Translations under genes and position numbers: made by a program
Part shown: positions 1 to 12,361 of the stretch, piece by piece
How the letters are laid out: each line of letters begins with the position of its first letter
Position numbering within the stretch: position 1 is the first letter of the stretch
The notes under the pieces: model-generated
The model's database searches: none
What the model was told of the DNA's origin: nothing
The model's input: only the letters and a program-made list of their open reading frames with translations
Assembly: GCA_002633005.1 (NCBI GenBank)
Contig: NMRA01000022.1
Span: 493,715-557,714 of the forward strand
DNA from: Phoronis australis
Taxonomy: Eukaryota; Animalia; Phoronida
Direction of reading: 5' to 3'
Length of the DNA stretch: 64,000 nucleotides

Positions 1-27
1 GAAGAACGTAAAGGCCACTATTTGTGA

Positions 28-386
28 GTTACCCGTCAAAAATCTGCGAGCATGCCTGCGGAAATTGCATATAACATTCCATTTTGATAAACAAAGTCGT
101 TGGTTTCTAATTTACTTGTTTATGTATTTACGAAAATCGATAGATTTATAGATGATTTTTGACAATTAGAAGATAATCTTGTAAGAATTGATGATGTTCA
201 GTGAATTTAATTGCAGCCTGAAGTTGGAAATCTCTATAATCCAATCCCCAAATAGTACAGTACACTTAGACGATTTTTGCCTATCTAGGTGGTAGCGATA
301 GGGGAAGGGTACCCTAGGTTGGCGAAGTCGAAATGGCTTGTGCCCCCAGCACACCCCCCAATAATTTTTGCCTTCCTATGAGTCTG
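28..386. repeat. Local dispersed duplication: 28-287 matches 3832-4099 and 288-386 matches ~5070-5155
   Basis: Direct comparison: gttacccgtcaaaa...cttagacgatttttgc is shared by both copies, then ggtggt...ttggcga.gtcgaaatgg.ttgtgccccc...aataatttttgccttc is shared with 5070-5155. The ORFs 166..354 and 3924..4139 are spurious translations of this repeat. Confidence 0.85.
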
Positions 387-877
387 ATACAGACCTTATG
401 CACCGACTTCATGAGACGAAATCGAGAAGGATTTTAAATCATTTCAAGGCAAACTCTAGAGACACGTTAACTGCCACGAACTCGTATGGACGCATGACAA
501 TTGATTGCACTATGTGGCTACAAAAACAAAAAATTCTCTTGCACGGAAGGGAGCAAACTCAGGGGCGACATAAGCGGCTAATGCTAACTAATTTCTATCT
601 AACATAAATTAGGAGTCGTCAAGCATTACACCAACAACATCAGAGTAACTAGTATACGTCTTAATGACAGGTTTTTCATATTGTTTATCTATACCGGAAT
701 ATCTATTGAGGACAGAGTTCTTAGTTCTACAATTTTCATAGTCTAAAAACTTTCCAAAATACTTTTGTACTTCATTATTGTCTTTAGCCCATGTTTCACT
801 TTTTTATGATGTTTATTACGAAATGTGCAATGTACAATAATAAGCTACTTAAGCCTTGAAAGCGCTGAAAAGCATTA

Positions 878-1368
878 TATATAGATTATTACATGGCAAA
901 GTCGTTATCCCCCGTTATCTAGAGCCCGAGTGGATTTTGGAGAATTATCGCCCGAGGGGCGTTAGCCCCGAGGGTGATAATTCTACAAAATCCACCTACT
1001 TTAATTAGCAGAGGATATTTTCCCGGTCGAAGCTTAGCGTGATAAAATGTGTAGTAACCTATAATAGTTGCTAAACCTTAATTCATAGATTCACTATATG
1101 TCTATTTTGTTTGAATTTCCAATTGGTTTTGAGTATAAGCATTATTTGACAAAAATAGCTCGGCTTTTCTTAAAAGGTCACGACCTCCGACCCCGGGCCT
1201 CTGACATAGAAAGTAGTTACAAAGCCGAGGCGAGTCGAGAAAGGTAGATCGATTCATTGCAATGTTTCTCGTTTAGTATGTGGTATAAATAGAGCGCCCC
1301 TCGGGCGATAATTCTCCAAAATCCACATCGGGGGATAACGACTTCGCCATATAACAATCTATATTTAT
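878..1368. mobile_element. Non-autonomous DNA transposon (MITE-like) with ~70-80 bp terminal inverted repeats
   Basis: 878-962 (atatagattattacatggcaaagtcgttatcccccg...gtggattttggagaattatcgcccgagggg) is the reverse complement of ~1293-1368. An internal hairpin lies at 929-996. Flanks are TA-rich. Confidence 0.75.
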
Positions 1369-3119
1369 ATCTGGACGTTTCGCTTAATATTCTTATAATG
1401 TCGCGTGTATGCAATTTGTGATTATCTCGTCTTTCTCTATTCAAAACCTTTGTTTCCAAGCCTTGAGCATTCTACGGCGTGATTTTAAAACCCTCGATTG
1501 ACTGGCGTTTCACAAGTAGAACCTCGATCGGCCTGAATTCTTTTGTTGACCGCCTTCCAGAACGACATTCAATGTCATCATTCACAGCATCATAAATGTA
1601 ACGTTTGTTTCCGATTACTAGCTTGTCCAACGCTGTATAAGCAGTTTTGTCTTCTGTTCTCTCATTTATCAACAGCGACGCAATAAATATTAGACTAGAA
1701 CACAAAATATTGTACCAGTGTCTCGGTGCCGCGTACGTCACGCTCTCATAAACTAACGTAGTTTCACATTTAATTGTTACTAGATATCATTTGAATAGAA
1801 ATGAATAAAAAATATTATGAAGGTAAATTTCTTTGTTCACCCATACTCGATAGTTTATCCATGCGTGTAATCAAATGATAGTGAAGTCAACTACTATATG
1901 TCTTTTTATCAGCCATTTTCCTCCTCCATCCATTCTCTACATACCGTTTATCAATAGCCTACCGTGCAAGTCAATGCCTCGCGCAACTCGTAAAACCATC
2001 CCAGCGTTTTCCTTCGGTTCACAACCAATGATTTTGGGCCAAAGATGGTAACTTAACGTTGTGCTTACATATTTCCGCCACCTGATTGATTTGTACATCA
2101 TTTTGGCAGAGTTGACAGGGATACTTTACTATACGTTAGACATTTTTGTGACTCATTTGATTATCCCACTCCATATCAGTGACAGTTTGGTTGCAGAGAA
2201 TTTGAAATATTGGAAATTCTCACTGCGACTTTAAGAAAAAAAATGTTGAAATGTGAAAACTAGCCAGTTACGGATCTATATCTGGCGGGTGGCTTATGAT
2301 AAGATCATGTCTTAGCGCACTAGTAGGATTTCCGCCCCTCGTGTCGGTATAGTTATAGTCTATTAGTTGTGTTTCAACAGACAGCCCGCGATTAGGTCAC
2401 TTCCTTTATTATTTGTAATTACGTTTAAATACAGCTAGTCTTCTTATTTCCACAGTCGTGGGGCACAGCAGTAAAGAAAGAAACGTGTTGTCCTAGTTTA
2501 AATTCCTCTGAAGTGGAATGGAAGCCAACACCACTGAGTTGTACGTGAAAAGAAGACATTTTTGGGTGCAAGCCGAGGAACTATCCCGTTCGAATACCAA
2601 GAAAAACGCAGTTTAATTAATAATCCACTGGTGCCACCTGCCGCCCCAAAGTGTTATACCAGAGGGTTCCAGTTCAATCCCGTCCGCAGCCATTCTATTA
2701 CTGCTTATGAATTTCTGTAATTACATCACGTTTCGTCTCTTATAGTTGCTAAACGTAAATTGAAACAGAACGTTCTAGAACCCATGTGTAGTTAGTTGTT
2801 GCAACAAGAGGGGGGTTACACATATCAAACTTGACAAATATCTGTGACGTTGGCGTATTGAATTTTGGAATTAAATGCTGAATGATGTCAATATGAACTG
2901 TGTCTCAAAACGCTACGTAATATTGCCAAAAGTTAAACTTTAATAATTCTGCTAAAACTAATGATTACCTAAAGGTATTTCAATAAACACAATATACATT
3001 CATGGACTGGCCTTGGTGCATTACAAGCTTCAAGGTGTAAGACATATCAAATCCATCCATTTGTTAGACAAAAGTACAGGCTCTAATTCCTATTTTTTGG
3101 TTATACTAATTGTCTTAGC

Positions 3120-3355
3120 TCGCTATATAAATATAGACAATCTAAATCCGTGGTCATGACCATAATATAGAATAGTGCATTAAATATATAGACACTCTAA
3201 ATCCATGGTCATGACCATCAATACAGAACAGCGGTACATACAACTGCAGGTACACACCCTACATCCATGGTCATGACCATAAATATAGAAAAGCGTGCTA
3301 CATATATAGACATTCTAAATCTATGGCCATAACCACAATATATAATAGCGCACTA
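3120..3355. repeat. Minisatellite, ~4 copies of a ~55-62 bp unit with a TGGTCATGACCA palindromic core
   Basis: ctaaatcc(a/g)tggtcatgaccat...atagaa.agcg recurs near 3142, 3198, 3259 and, degenerate, 3315. Confidence 0.85.
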
Positions 3356-3831
3356 ACCACTGTATGTAAATCCGACACTGCCAAGTATTCACGAGGGAAG
3401 CTGAGATTCCAAATTCATCAAAAAACACAAAACATTCTTGCACAGCACAGCTTATCGACCCAAGCAATCAAAACTTGGAAAAATAGAATAGGATTACCGG
3501 TATCGAAAGGGTGGAATTTTGTTTGTGAATTACACAAAAAGACAATTTCCGATGGTTAGTTATAAAATAATGTTACTGTTTCCCGTAGTATCACAAGAAT
3601 AGTATCTCTTTTGAAGATGGTTACTATGAGTTGTTTGTAAGGAATTCCCATTTGTGGAAAACACTGCTGTCTAGGCTACTATGATCGTGTACATGTCGAA
3701 AGGGGTACTCAAAGAACTCTCGCGATCACAAACAAAGATTTCAGCGTTTTTTTTGTCAGTGGAGTTCAAATTCACATCGCGAACCGTTATAGGTAACTAA
3801 ATACGAATACCCCATCTCCCAAATTCCCCCG

Positions 3832-4099
3832 GTTACCCGTCAAAAGTCTGCGAGCATGCATGCGGAAAATGCGCAATTGCGCATAACATTCCAGTTTGAT
3901 ACATAAATTCGTTGGTTTATGATTTACTTATTTACATATTTACGAATATCGATAGATTCATAGATGATTTTTGACAATTTGAAGATAATCTTGTAAGAAT
4001 TGATGATGTTCAGTGAATTTAATTGCTGCCTGAACTTGGAAAACTCTATAATCCAATCCCCAAATGGTAAAGTACACTTAGACGATTTTTGCACATCTA
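3832..4099. repeat. Second copy of the repeat at 28-287
   Basis: High-identity match to 28-287 by eye. Confidence 0.85.
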
Positions 4100-5640
4100 A
4101 AAAAACTCTCAAAGACATTGATGGAATTCGTAAACGCACACCGAAGATAGAAAAAACGTTTTAAAAATAATTAAATAAATAAAATTAAACTCATTTCTTG
4201 GAAAGATTGCCTTCACAGTTTTTTGGTGTTTTTAGTTTCCAGTAGTATTGAGAAATGAATTTTTGTTCTTCAAGAATGAATTGATTGCTTTCCCTAATTC
4301 GTATGCACGTCATGACTGACGTATCCACTTTAAAAATAAGATGTAACCATGCAGTTGGCCGCGTACACTCTCAGTGATAACTACAAGAATTGAATTTGAA
4401 CTGCAGGCGTTCAAGAAGTGTGTACATGTACATTTTTGGGACACACTATCCTTTTCCCCAGCCACCAGAAACTGAATTACCGGTCGTGTTTCAAGTGGGG
4501 ATTTTGAAACAGCCCCAAAGGCACTATACCAGGGACTTCGGGGCCTCACCTTTTCAAAAAAAAATCTTTCAAAGAATGACCATAATAAAATAAAGTTTTC
4601 CCGAAACTGGATCACAACAAAACGACAGGCGGCAGGTACGAGCTAAGCTGCCTGTCTCAAATGAATCGTAGTTGTGCTGACCAATAACTAGCTTTAGTTC
4701 ATCGGGAATTTCGTATTTTCACACTGTTAGATCTCAGTTATAGCTACTTGAAGCAGCTCCTCGCTACAGGTCAGTGTACTGGTCCTAGGGCCAGTCGTAC
4801 TCTCCGTGTTGGTTCAGGGTTACTCAACTCTTAATGACTGGATCTCCGGGATTGTTCCAGAGGCGAATCCAGGATTTTGAGTCGGAGGGGGGCAGGGCAG
4901 AGTATTAGCCAGGGTTTTTACCAGTCAGAAATTGGCATCTCCGAATTGCTAGAGAAATTTAGAGGGGTCATGACCTCTTGGCCCCCTAAATCCTCTTCTG
5001 TGCCTCCCCACGTAGGAGATTCGGCACAAATATGGCATCGGGGAGGTCGAGGGGGGGGGGGGTAGCAGAGGTGGTGGTGATGGGGGAGTTATTTGGCGAC
5101 GTCGAAATGGTTTGTGCCCCCCCCCCCAATAATTTTTGCCTTCTTACGGGCCTGTATGGTCGATATATTTACCACCAACGTGAGTCATAAGCTCGTTTCC
5201 GACGATGCAAAGGAGACTGAGGTTGTCGAAATAATGAGGTCGTTTATTGTAACAAAATAGAATTACAAAGAATATGAATGAAATTTCTTATAAAATAATA
5301 TTCTCTAGAAAGATAGACAATAAAAACCTCCACGATAGATGTTATAAGACATCTCATAATTTTAATTAAACGGTTAAAACCGTTTTACTTGAACTTTTAA
5401 AGTGTACACAACATGACTCTAGTACCTTAAAATAAATTTTATTATTATATCTTACTAGATTTCAGTGCCTTTAGTGCACAACTCATAAAGAAACACGCAA
5501 AAATTGAAAAAAATAATAATTATGTACAACGTCATGGGTTGAACCCAAGTCGTTCGCCATACTGCTCGGATCAGAGACAAAGTGTATAGAGTGAAGAGAT
5601 AGCAATATACATTTAGCATCGAGAAGGTTCGTAGAGGGAT

Positions 5641-5873
5641 CAATGTGTTTCCGGAGGCTGCAGCAACAGTAGCCAGGCGGAGAACGTCTCGGTGTTCCGA
5701 AGGATACCAAAGTTGCGCAGAAGTGGCATCGCTTCGTGCGCCGAACGAGAGTGTGGGACGTCATCGTGGACCAAGCGATTCGGTCCGGGGCCACTCTGTG
5801 TTCTGCCCACTTTGAGGACTCGCGTTTCGACTCCAGTCACAAGAGACGTTACGATGAAGGCCTGGTTCAATAA
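5641..5873 (+). pseudogene. Degenerate THAP zinc-finger domain (N-terminus of a transposase)
   Basis: Translation with one frameshift near 5697: QCVSGGCSNSSQAENVSVF / PKDTKVAQKWHRFVRRTRVWDVIVDQAIRSGATLCSAHFEDSRF. This has the C2CH signature C-x4-C ... P..W ... LCSAHF. Confidence 0.85.
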
Positions 5874-5896
5874 AGGACAATATTTATCATTCAGAA

Positions 5897-6155
5897 ACAT
5901 CAGCTCTTAGTTCAGGATCGTCTGTTGGATGACTGGGTTGACTCGCCGAGCCCGAGGCCGCTTCTCTCGCGGGAGGATCCAGTTCGTAAGGCTCAAAGTA
6001 GAAAAGTACGCTGCCGGAAGCACATTAAACTTATTCTCGCTTTCGTGCAACCCCATTTCCTCATCCTGGCCACCATTCCCGTACGTTTCTTCATAGTATT
6101 CTTTCAATTTTTGCTCATAATCGTCGTCGCTTTCAAATTCCCTGCTTTCCGCCAT
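5897..6155 (-). pseudogene. Degenerate 5' part of a second element ORF, putative KolX/P2X7-C-terminal-like
   Basis: Acidic N-terminus MAESREFESDDDYEQKLKEYYEE..., then after a frameshift FYFEPYELDPPAREAASGSASQPSHPTDDPELRADVSE, ending at TG|ataaat (possibly a decayed donor). It resembles the N-termini of P2X7-like transposon proteins, but the Cys-rich core is absent, so the assignment is inferred. Confidence 0.45.
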
Positions 6156-6907
6156 TGTTCAATGCTAGTCACTGCTCTCTTGTGTTCAACCCATGACGTC
6201 ACATGGCGGGAAATGTGAAAATTGGCAAAATTGAAAGAAAAATCACAATTTCGAGCTAATTACACAAAATACACATGGGTTTAGCTAAATTTTACGTCAT
6301 ACATTTAGTTTGTGGCCACCGGTAATTCAAAATGTGCAAAAATCCATGGTGTGTACTGTTTAAATCCTCGTGTGAAGTCAACTGAAAGCCGTAATTTTTG
6401 TTTATATTTTGAGATGGAAAGTTTATTTTTTCAATACAGCGAGACTAGCGTTCTTAATACTAATTACACATTATAAAAAACATATCCGAGGCCGAATAAA
6501 TGTCTTTGATTGCGTAAACTGGAAGGTTCACAATCGCAAATTGATTAATTTAAGTTTGAAGTTTGAGAATTCGGCTTGACCTAATTAAGGATTTTGTTGA
6601 TGAATCTTAAATTAGCGAGTAGCAACTGGAAACTCATCTACATCTAGTCATTCACCATTTTGTCACCTTTTACTTTCTCCTGGACGTCTTCGTCAATAGG
6701 TTCGTTTCTTTTTTCATTTTTGTTCCTTCTGTTCTTTGTTTCCAGATACAACATACGCTTAAACATTTATTACTTCCCTTAAAGTTTGTTCATCTTACTT
6801 TGGAGTACTTGAAAAAATTACGGGCTTAAAAGGTCAAGGGCTGTCGAAATCTCATAAAATAATGAATTGGAATTCTGCCACTGCTGGTGAGTTGTGGTGA
6901 GTTGAAG

Positions 6908-6916
6908 CTATAAATA
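6908..6916 (+). promoter_or_regulatory. Candidate TATA box upstream of the 6986 ORF
   Basis: cTATAAATA lies ~75 bp upstream of ATG 6986. Confidence 0.35.
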
Positions 6917-6985
6917 CAGAAGCGTTAATATCTGTTTCTACTCTCGCATATTTGCCCGGTAGCAACCGGGTGTGGTTGGGAGAGA

Positions 6986-7788
6986 ATGTCCAACGGCCCA
7001 ACACCTTATACGACTGGTGCAGATCACTTTGACGATTCGAGTTTTCGACAGGAATCTGGAACGAGGCATGCGGTTTTGGAGTTCAGAGTTTCCGGCCGTG
7101 AGTGTCGTGACAGCGAACACGTCCGCGAGAAGGCTACCAACACTTCATGTAGACAAAGTCGAGTGATTCGGCTGAGTACGTCTCAAAACGATGGCTTCCG
7201 TCCTAGCGCCAGAAAATTTTCAATTGTACTGCCGCATTATCACAGCGTGTCCATGTTGCCAATAATTTTGGGGAAAGGTTTAAGAAACGAGGCAAGCAAA
7301 TGTTACAACGATCAAACCAGACTGTCTTGTTCTGAAGATGCCAACCCAGTTGACAATTACCATGGTAGTCTTTTACAGCCTACTCTCGATTACCGTAAAA
7401 ACGAAGAGGAGGCGGACATCCGAAAACAGAGAAGAGAGAAACTCTGGACATCACTGCATATGGATAGGATTGCAGTGTCAAAAAGGCGAGGGAGCGACTT
7501 AGAACTTCGAAGGAAATCTTCTTTTAATGAGATAACTCAACGAAAACAGAACATGAGTGCTAAGCACTATGTATTGCCTTCTATTTATTCAACGGTGTGC
7601 CACAAACGAAGTACTATTTTCGAAAGGTAGAACCGCTCCCAACTCCCCCACATCCATTTGAGGAATGTGGTCGCTTTACGGCACGCAGGGACGAAATTAT
7701 AACAGATGAAGATTGGGACAGACTGAAAGCATGCCGATATTTAAGAGAAGGCATGACAAAATTTAGAGAAGGTAGTAAACTTTACTGA
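6986..7788 (+). CDS. Uncharacterised basic protein, probably single-exon, split by one frameshift near 7595-7600 (joined ~266 aa, C-terminal WDRLKACRYLR motif)
   Basis: Longest non-N ORF in the window (214 aa), overlapping a 63-aa ORF in another frame at a GTGTG run. Upstream TATA-like box; AATAAA at 8036-8041. No family recognised with certainty. Confidence 0.5.
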
Positions 7789-10700
7789 AAATGCGCTGGC
7801 TTACTCATGTATCGCGTTTGACTGACCATCTTTCGGTGTTATAGTTGTTTGCAAACGACCTTTCGTCATACGTCAACCTTGAGTCTCTGGAAACGCAATG
7901 TTGATAATGAGAAAAACTAAACAACACACTGATTTGTAGCCTTTGTATGGACACTATGTTCAAGCGATGTCGGAAACGAGACTTGCTTGTCCATATTTGT
8001 GACCCCTCTGTGTTCCAGATGATGGAAATCGTAAAAATAAAGTATTATTACACCCCCTTACAGGCTCTTTGTGAAGTTTGTCAAGTGCTTTCGGTCCTAT
8101 AGGTGTGACACCGAATGATGACGAATTCTCAGTTCCTTGGCAGATTTTCACGAAATTCTAGAAATTGATCTCTATTTTGGAGAACGCAACGCCTGTTCAT
8201 TTCGGGTAGTGGTGGATTCCACGTATTCTGCGTCATGTAGTAGCCATTTTTGTTATTTTGAAGTCTGTTGTTTTGACTACTGTGGTGTCCCTTTGACATT
8301 TCTGTATTTGCAGTTGTATCTCCTTAACCCCTTCGTTGTTGGTGAAATTTGGCAAGTGTAGGCCTGACAATGGACGAAAAAATTCTTCGTACGGATCCGA
8401 CTACCGTGAGTCAGCGGCGGATTTAAGGAGGGGGGAAGGGTGGGCAAGGGGGCCATGGCCCCCCTAAAATTCTTCCAGGTCGGGGTGCGAATGTCTGAAG
8501 GCAAAAATCTTGGCAAATACTCTGCCCTATCCCCCCAACACAAAATGCTGGATCAGCACGTGGCTTTGCCTCCTAGATGTGCAGCTATATTTTTATACGT
8601 TCGTCTTTGTATCCTCAAAGTTTTCATTACTGTGCAATCCTCTAACCAATGAGAAAAATATAACTATATATATACATATATATAACTCATTGCCTCCAAC
8701 GCTTTGAAAGAACAGGCATTTCGATATTGCTCGAGACCTGGTTCTACAAGTTGGTTCATCACGACGTGCATCGAGCACGATCTCGAGAAATAACGAATTG
8801 TCACTGATTTCTTTACAAACCCAAAAATTACTTCTCACCCGAGTAAGGAAAAAAGTTGAAACCGTAAGTGATTTCAACCAGCCAAAATTTAGTTTATAAT
8901 TGCTTTCACTGTCCCCAGCACCAGTTCATATCGTTGCACGACTGAATTTGGAATAGATTTCTGTTAAGAACAAAGTTTTAAAACCCACAACATTTTCAGA
9001 ATTTCTGTGCATGTAGAAATCCGATTGCGGTACAAATTAAAGTTGAAAAATGGACTGGGTCTTTTTGTTTTGACCTGGGAGTAATATGCATATTGTTCTA
9101 GTTTTGACTAATATAACATTGGTTTCCATTTTAGTCCAAAGCATGCTCATTTCCGTCCGACGTCTTGACAAAATGGTTGTCACTCAATTTCATTTTTGTG
9201 CCCTCACATGTTTACACACAAACACACACACGTTTGCAAGCTCAGTAGTACGCGAAAGCTGGCGGGGGATTTGAACGCTGTAACTTTGAGTGATATGATG
9301 TGAAATAAGAATCATGTCTAAAATTAGGTCTAAGGCACACAAACCTAATTTTAAACATAAGACTCGTCTTTGTCCCTCCGGGCCCCTTGGCTCAAGACTC
9401 GCCAGCCTTATAAATAATCTGTCACTGCTGTCACGAGTAAAATAAATGGATGTGGAGGTAAGCCCCACAAGCACTGAAGATTACGATTTCCATCAGAAAA
9501 CTCCACGCTTCATTTTACAACAAGATCAACTTTCCAGGTAAACATATTTGAATGTTAAAATATCAAATATGAATTCCAGCCGAGTTTGCAGCTTGCGAAT
9601 CAGGTGGTGACCAAGTTCGAGACTGGCTATAAAATGCTAATTAACGTATCCTAATTCATTTGAACACAAAATAATTGCCAAGGTCAGTCACCTTCTTAAG
9701 GTAAGAAGTACGTGCATCCACGCTTCCTAATCTAGAGCGAAATTTATATTTATCCAAAATTGATAAAATGAGTCCCATACTAATAGCAAGAGCTAAAATT
9801 ATGCCCGTGTATAATATTCCTATGGGCAGAGCATTTTTAAATCCTCTTAAAAGAGATGACTCCATTTATTCACATCTGGAAAACTTTTAGCAAAGTATAA
9901 TTCTCTCTAGCACTATGGTCTTTCAAGAAAATCTACATATTCTTATTTTCCCTTAAAACAAGGTTTTGATAATCTTTTAAATTCATATGTGGAGAGCACA
10001 ATCAGACCAAAACTGATTTATAGCAAGCAAAATAATCACCTTCCATCCCATTTTTATACCGGTTATATCACAATGAGGCACAAACTATTTCGAACTCGAC
10101 AAACTTTAGCCTCACTTTGGACCCCAAATTTCAGATTCCCCTCCAAGGCTACGTCTTCCGCTGCGTGGTCGTCCTCACACTCTCTCTAAGCGCGCGGACT
10201 TCACTGTTTGGGGAAACTGGGTCGGGCCCGTAGCCATCAGCATTGCACCGTGGGTGGTTCGAATTTCTTGAGCGGTGGACCTTTGATATTTTACAAATGT
10301 CCGTCGAAACTGTGGAGGTTTCATTAAGGTCCTCAGTTGACGCAGCTTAATCAGGGGGAAGGAAATTTGTATACTCAACGATGACTCAGTTCCATGTTTT
10401 TGAGATGAGAAGGAATTAGTAATACCAGAGATGAGGATGCCGCGACGTTTGCTCGCAACGAGCGGGACTCAAATCGGATGTAATGTGGTCCAAAACGTTC
10501 TTGCATTACTTCCTGCCAAATTTTCAAATCAGGCATGCTTAAATGTGTGATGACACCCACTCGGACAAAAATATTTAGTCGGAGAATATAACTTGACGAA
10601 TGTTTTTATCTAGTTATATTTTTGGGTGTTACTTAAGTTGCTTACGTCGTTGGAAAGGGGAACAGCCCACTACTCAACATTCGGTTCGTCATTCCGAAGG

Positions 10701-11386
10701 TTCACTACTAGGAAAAGATCTAACTTTTTCAACTCGTGTATAATTTTTACACTTTTACACGCGAAAATGAATGATACATACACTGAACGGTGTACCTATA
10801 CCGAAAACAACGCCCATGTTCTAAAATGCCTTGCTTGGATTTCATGCACCTGCGAAATTACCCGCATGTCTTACAAATAAACACGGAAATTGATAACGTT
10901 ATTGCACAAGTTTTAAAAATATGGAGTGGTTATTTATCAACCACGATACATTCATCAAATCCATATAAAGGTTAATTGCATCATTACAGAGCGCCGCAGC
11001 TGAAAAGTTTAGGGCCGCTGAGCCTGAACCTCACCCACCAGAACCACGTACACAGCGGGTCGAAATTAAATGTAGTTAGCAGGCTACACTGTCCCTGCCA
11101 GTCTTCACGAAATCAGTGAGCCCCATTCAGTCTTCTTAAATTTAAAACCGTTGGTCACCGCAGCCATGACCCGTGCCCCAGATGTTGAGATGTTGTCCAT
11201 GGTTGAGAATGAGTCGTTAGTTAGATTCAAGAATTAAGATTGGCAGTGATTGGAACGAGCTCATTTGTAAACAATGAAATTAATGTATTAAGAGCTAATC
11301 AACTTTTGCACAAAACCTTTAAATGCTTACTAAATGGACACAAATACAATAATTTATTCATGTTTGTTACGACAATCAGAGTAATG

Positions 11387-11600
11387 AACGGTGTAGCCCA
11401 GTGGTTTGAGGTCGGGACTCTTGTATGGGAGACCTGGGTTCGAATCATGGCTTCACTGGCTGCCAATCGAGGCACAAAGGTCGGTGTCTCCTACTCATCT
11501 GAGCTCGGTCTTATAGTGAATATGTGCAAGGGTGTGAATTAGAACCTGGATATAATGCTAAGCGACTCCTGGGGCTGTGCTTATATATAAGAAAAAAAAT
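11387..11600 (+). mobile_element. tRNA-derived SINE
   Basis: Pol III A-box TAGCCCAGTGG (~11394-11404) and B-box GGTTCGAATC (11437-11446) at tRNA-like spacing, followed by a non-tRNA body and an A-rich tail. No complete cloverleaf. Confidence 0.7.
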
Positions 11601-11714
11601 AACTGTCTGAGTTCTGGTTTTGGAATTGTGTACATTCCGGCGAAGTAGTGAACTTTCGAAGGTGGCGAATCTTCGGAGTATTTTGATGGACCTTCAGAGC
11701 AGCGAACCGTCGGA

Positions 11715-12361
11715 ATTTTTTTATTTATTAACGTAATATTTACAATGAGGATAGCCCCATCAGTTCACACTGCTTTCCATGGGGGCCCTTAGTAAAAACA
11801 AACAGATAGTAAGACAAAAACAGAATTACAAAATGAAAGAAAAAGCAAAGAATAAGAAATTAACTCTGAAAGACTGATGAAGCAAAATAAAAAATAAAAT
11901 ATGATAAGTAGAAGATAAAGAAATTAAGACAAGATAATTAACTAAAATATAAATATAAATATAAAAAATTAAAAACAGAAAATGAATAATTAATAAAAGT
12001 AAGACATTATATAAATAACAAATGAATAAACATGCAATTCTTAGACACTACATGAATCTATTTTTTAAAATTCTTTTAAAGGTTAGAAAGGATGATGTAG
12101 ATTTGGCATCTGCAGGGAGAGAGTTCATGAAAAGGGGCTGCAGTAGGAAAATGATTTTTTCCCAGTTTCGCTTCTGCTTTTAGGAAGATTGAAATCAGAT
12201 GATGATGAGGACCCAGTATTATAGCGATTAGTAGTCATCTTAAACTTAACACATAAGTAAGATGGGACAAGACCTTTAAAACATTTGTACATACAACAAG
12301 CAGATAGGAATTGATGTCTTTTGTGAATTTTCATTATACCAGTCTCTTTATGAAAGATCAC
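11715..12361 (-). mobile_element. 5'-truncated L2/CR1-clade LINE (ORF2 C-terminus plus 3' UTR)
   Basis: HKRHQFLSACCMYKCFKGLVPSYL...YNTGSS...FNLPKSRSETGKKSFSY, then a decayed *NSLP, is typical of the post-RT tail of CR1/L2 ORF2. It is followed by a T-rich UTR and a structured end (gggcccccatggaaagcagtgtgaactgatggggctatcctc...aataaataaa). Confidence 0.85.

Larger units (their letters stand above)
5401..6359 (+). mobile_element. Kolobok-like non-autonomous DNA transposon (TTAA target duplication, imperfect TIRs)
   Basis: TTAA(5397-5400)|AGTGTACACAACATG ... CATGGTGTGTACTGT|TTAA(6360-6363). A 16-bp subterminal inverted repeat acgtcatgggttgaac / gttcaacccatgacgt lies at ~5529 and ~6184. Contains a THAP-domain remnant. 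Confidence 0.75.

Noticed and set aside
8411-8590. GC-rich CAGCGGCGGATTT...-type short element (similar one at ~4858-5000)
   Set aside because: Probably decayed small DNA-transposon relics, but the TIRs and TSDs are too degenerate to support a call.
11387-11460. Possible tRNA gene
   Set aside because: A and B boxes are present, but there is no acceptor-stem pairing or oligo-T terminator, and the sequence continues into a SINE body.
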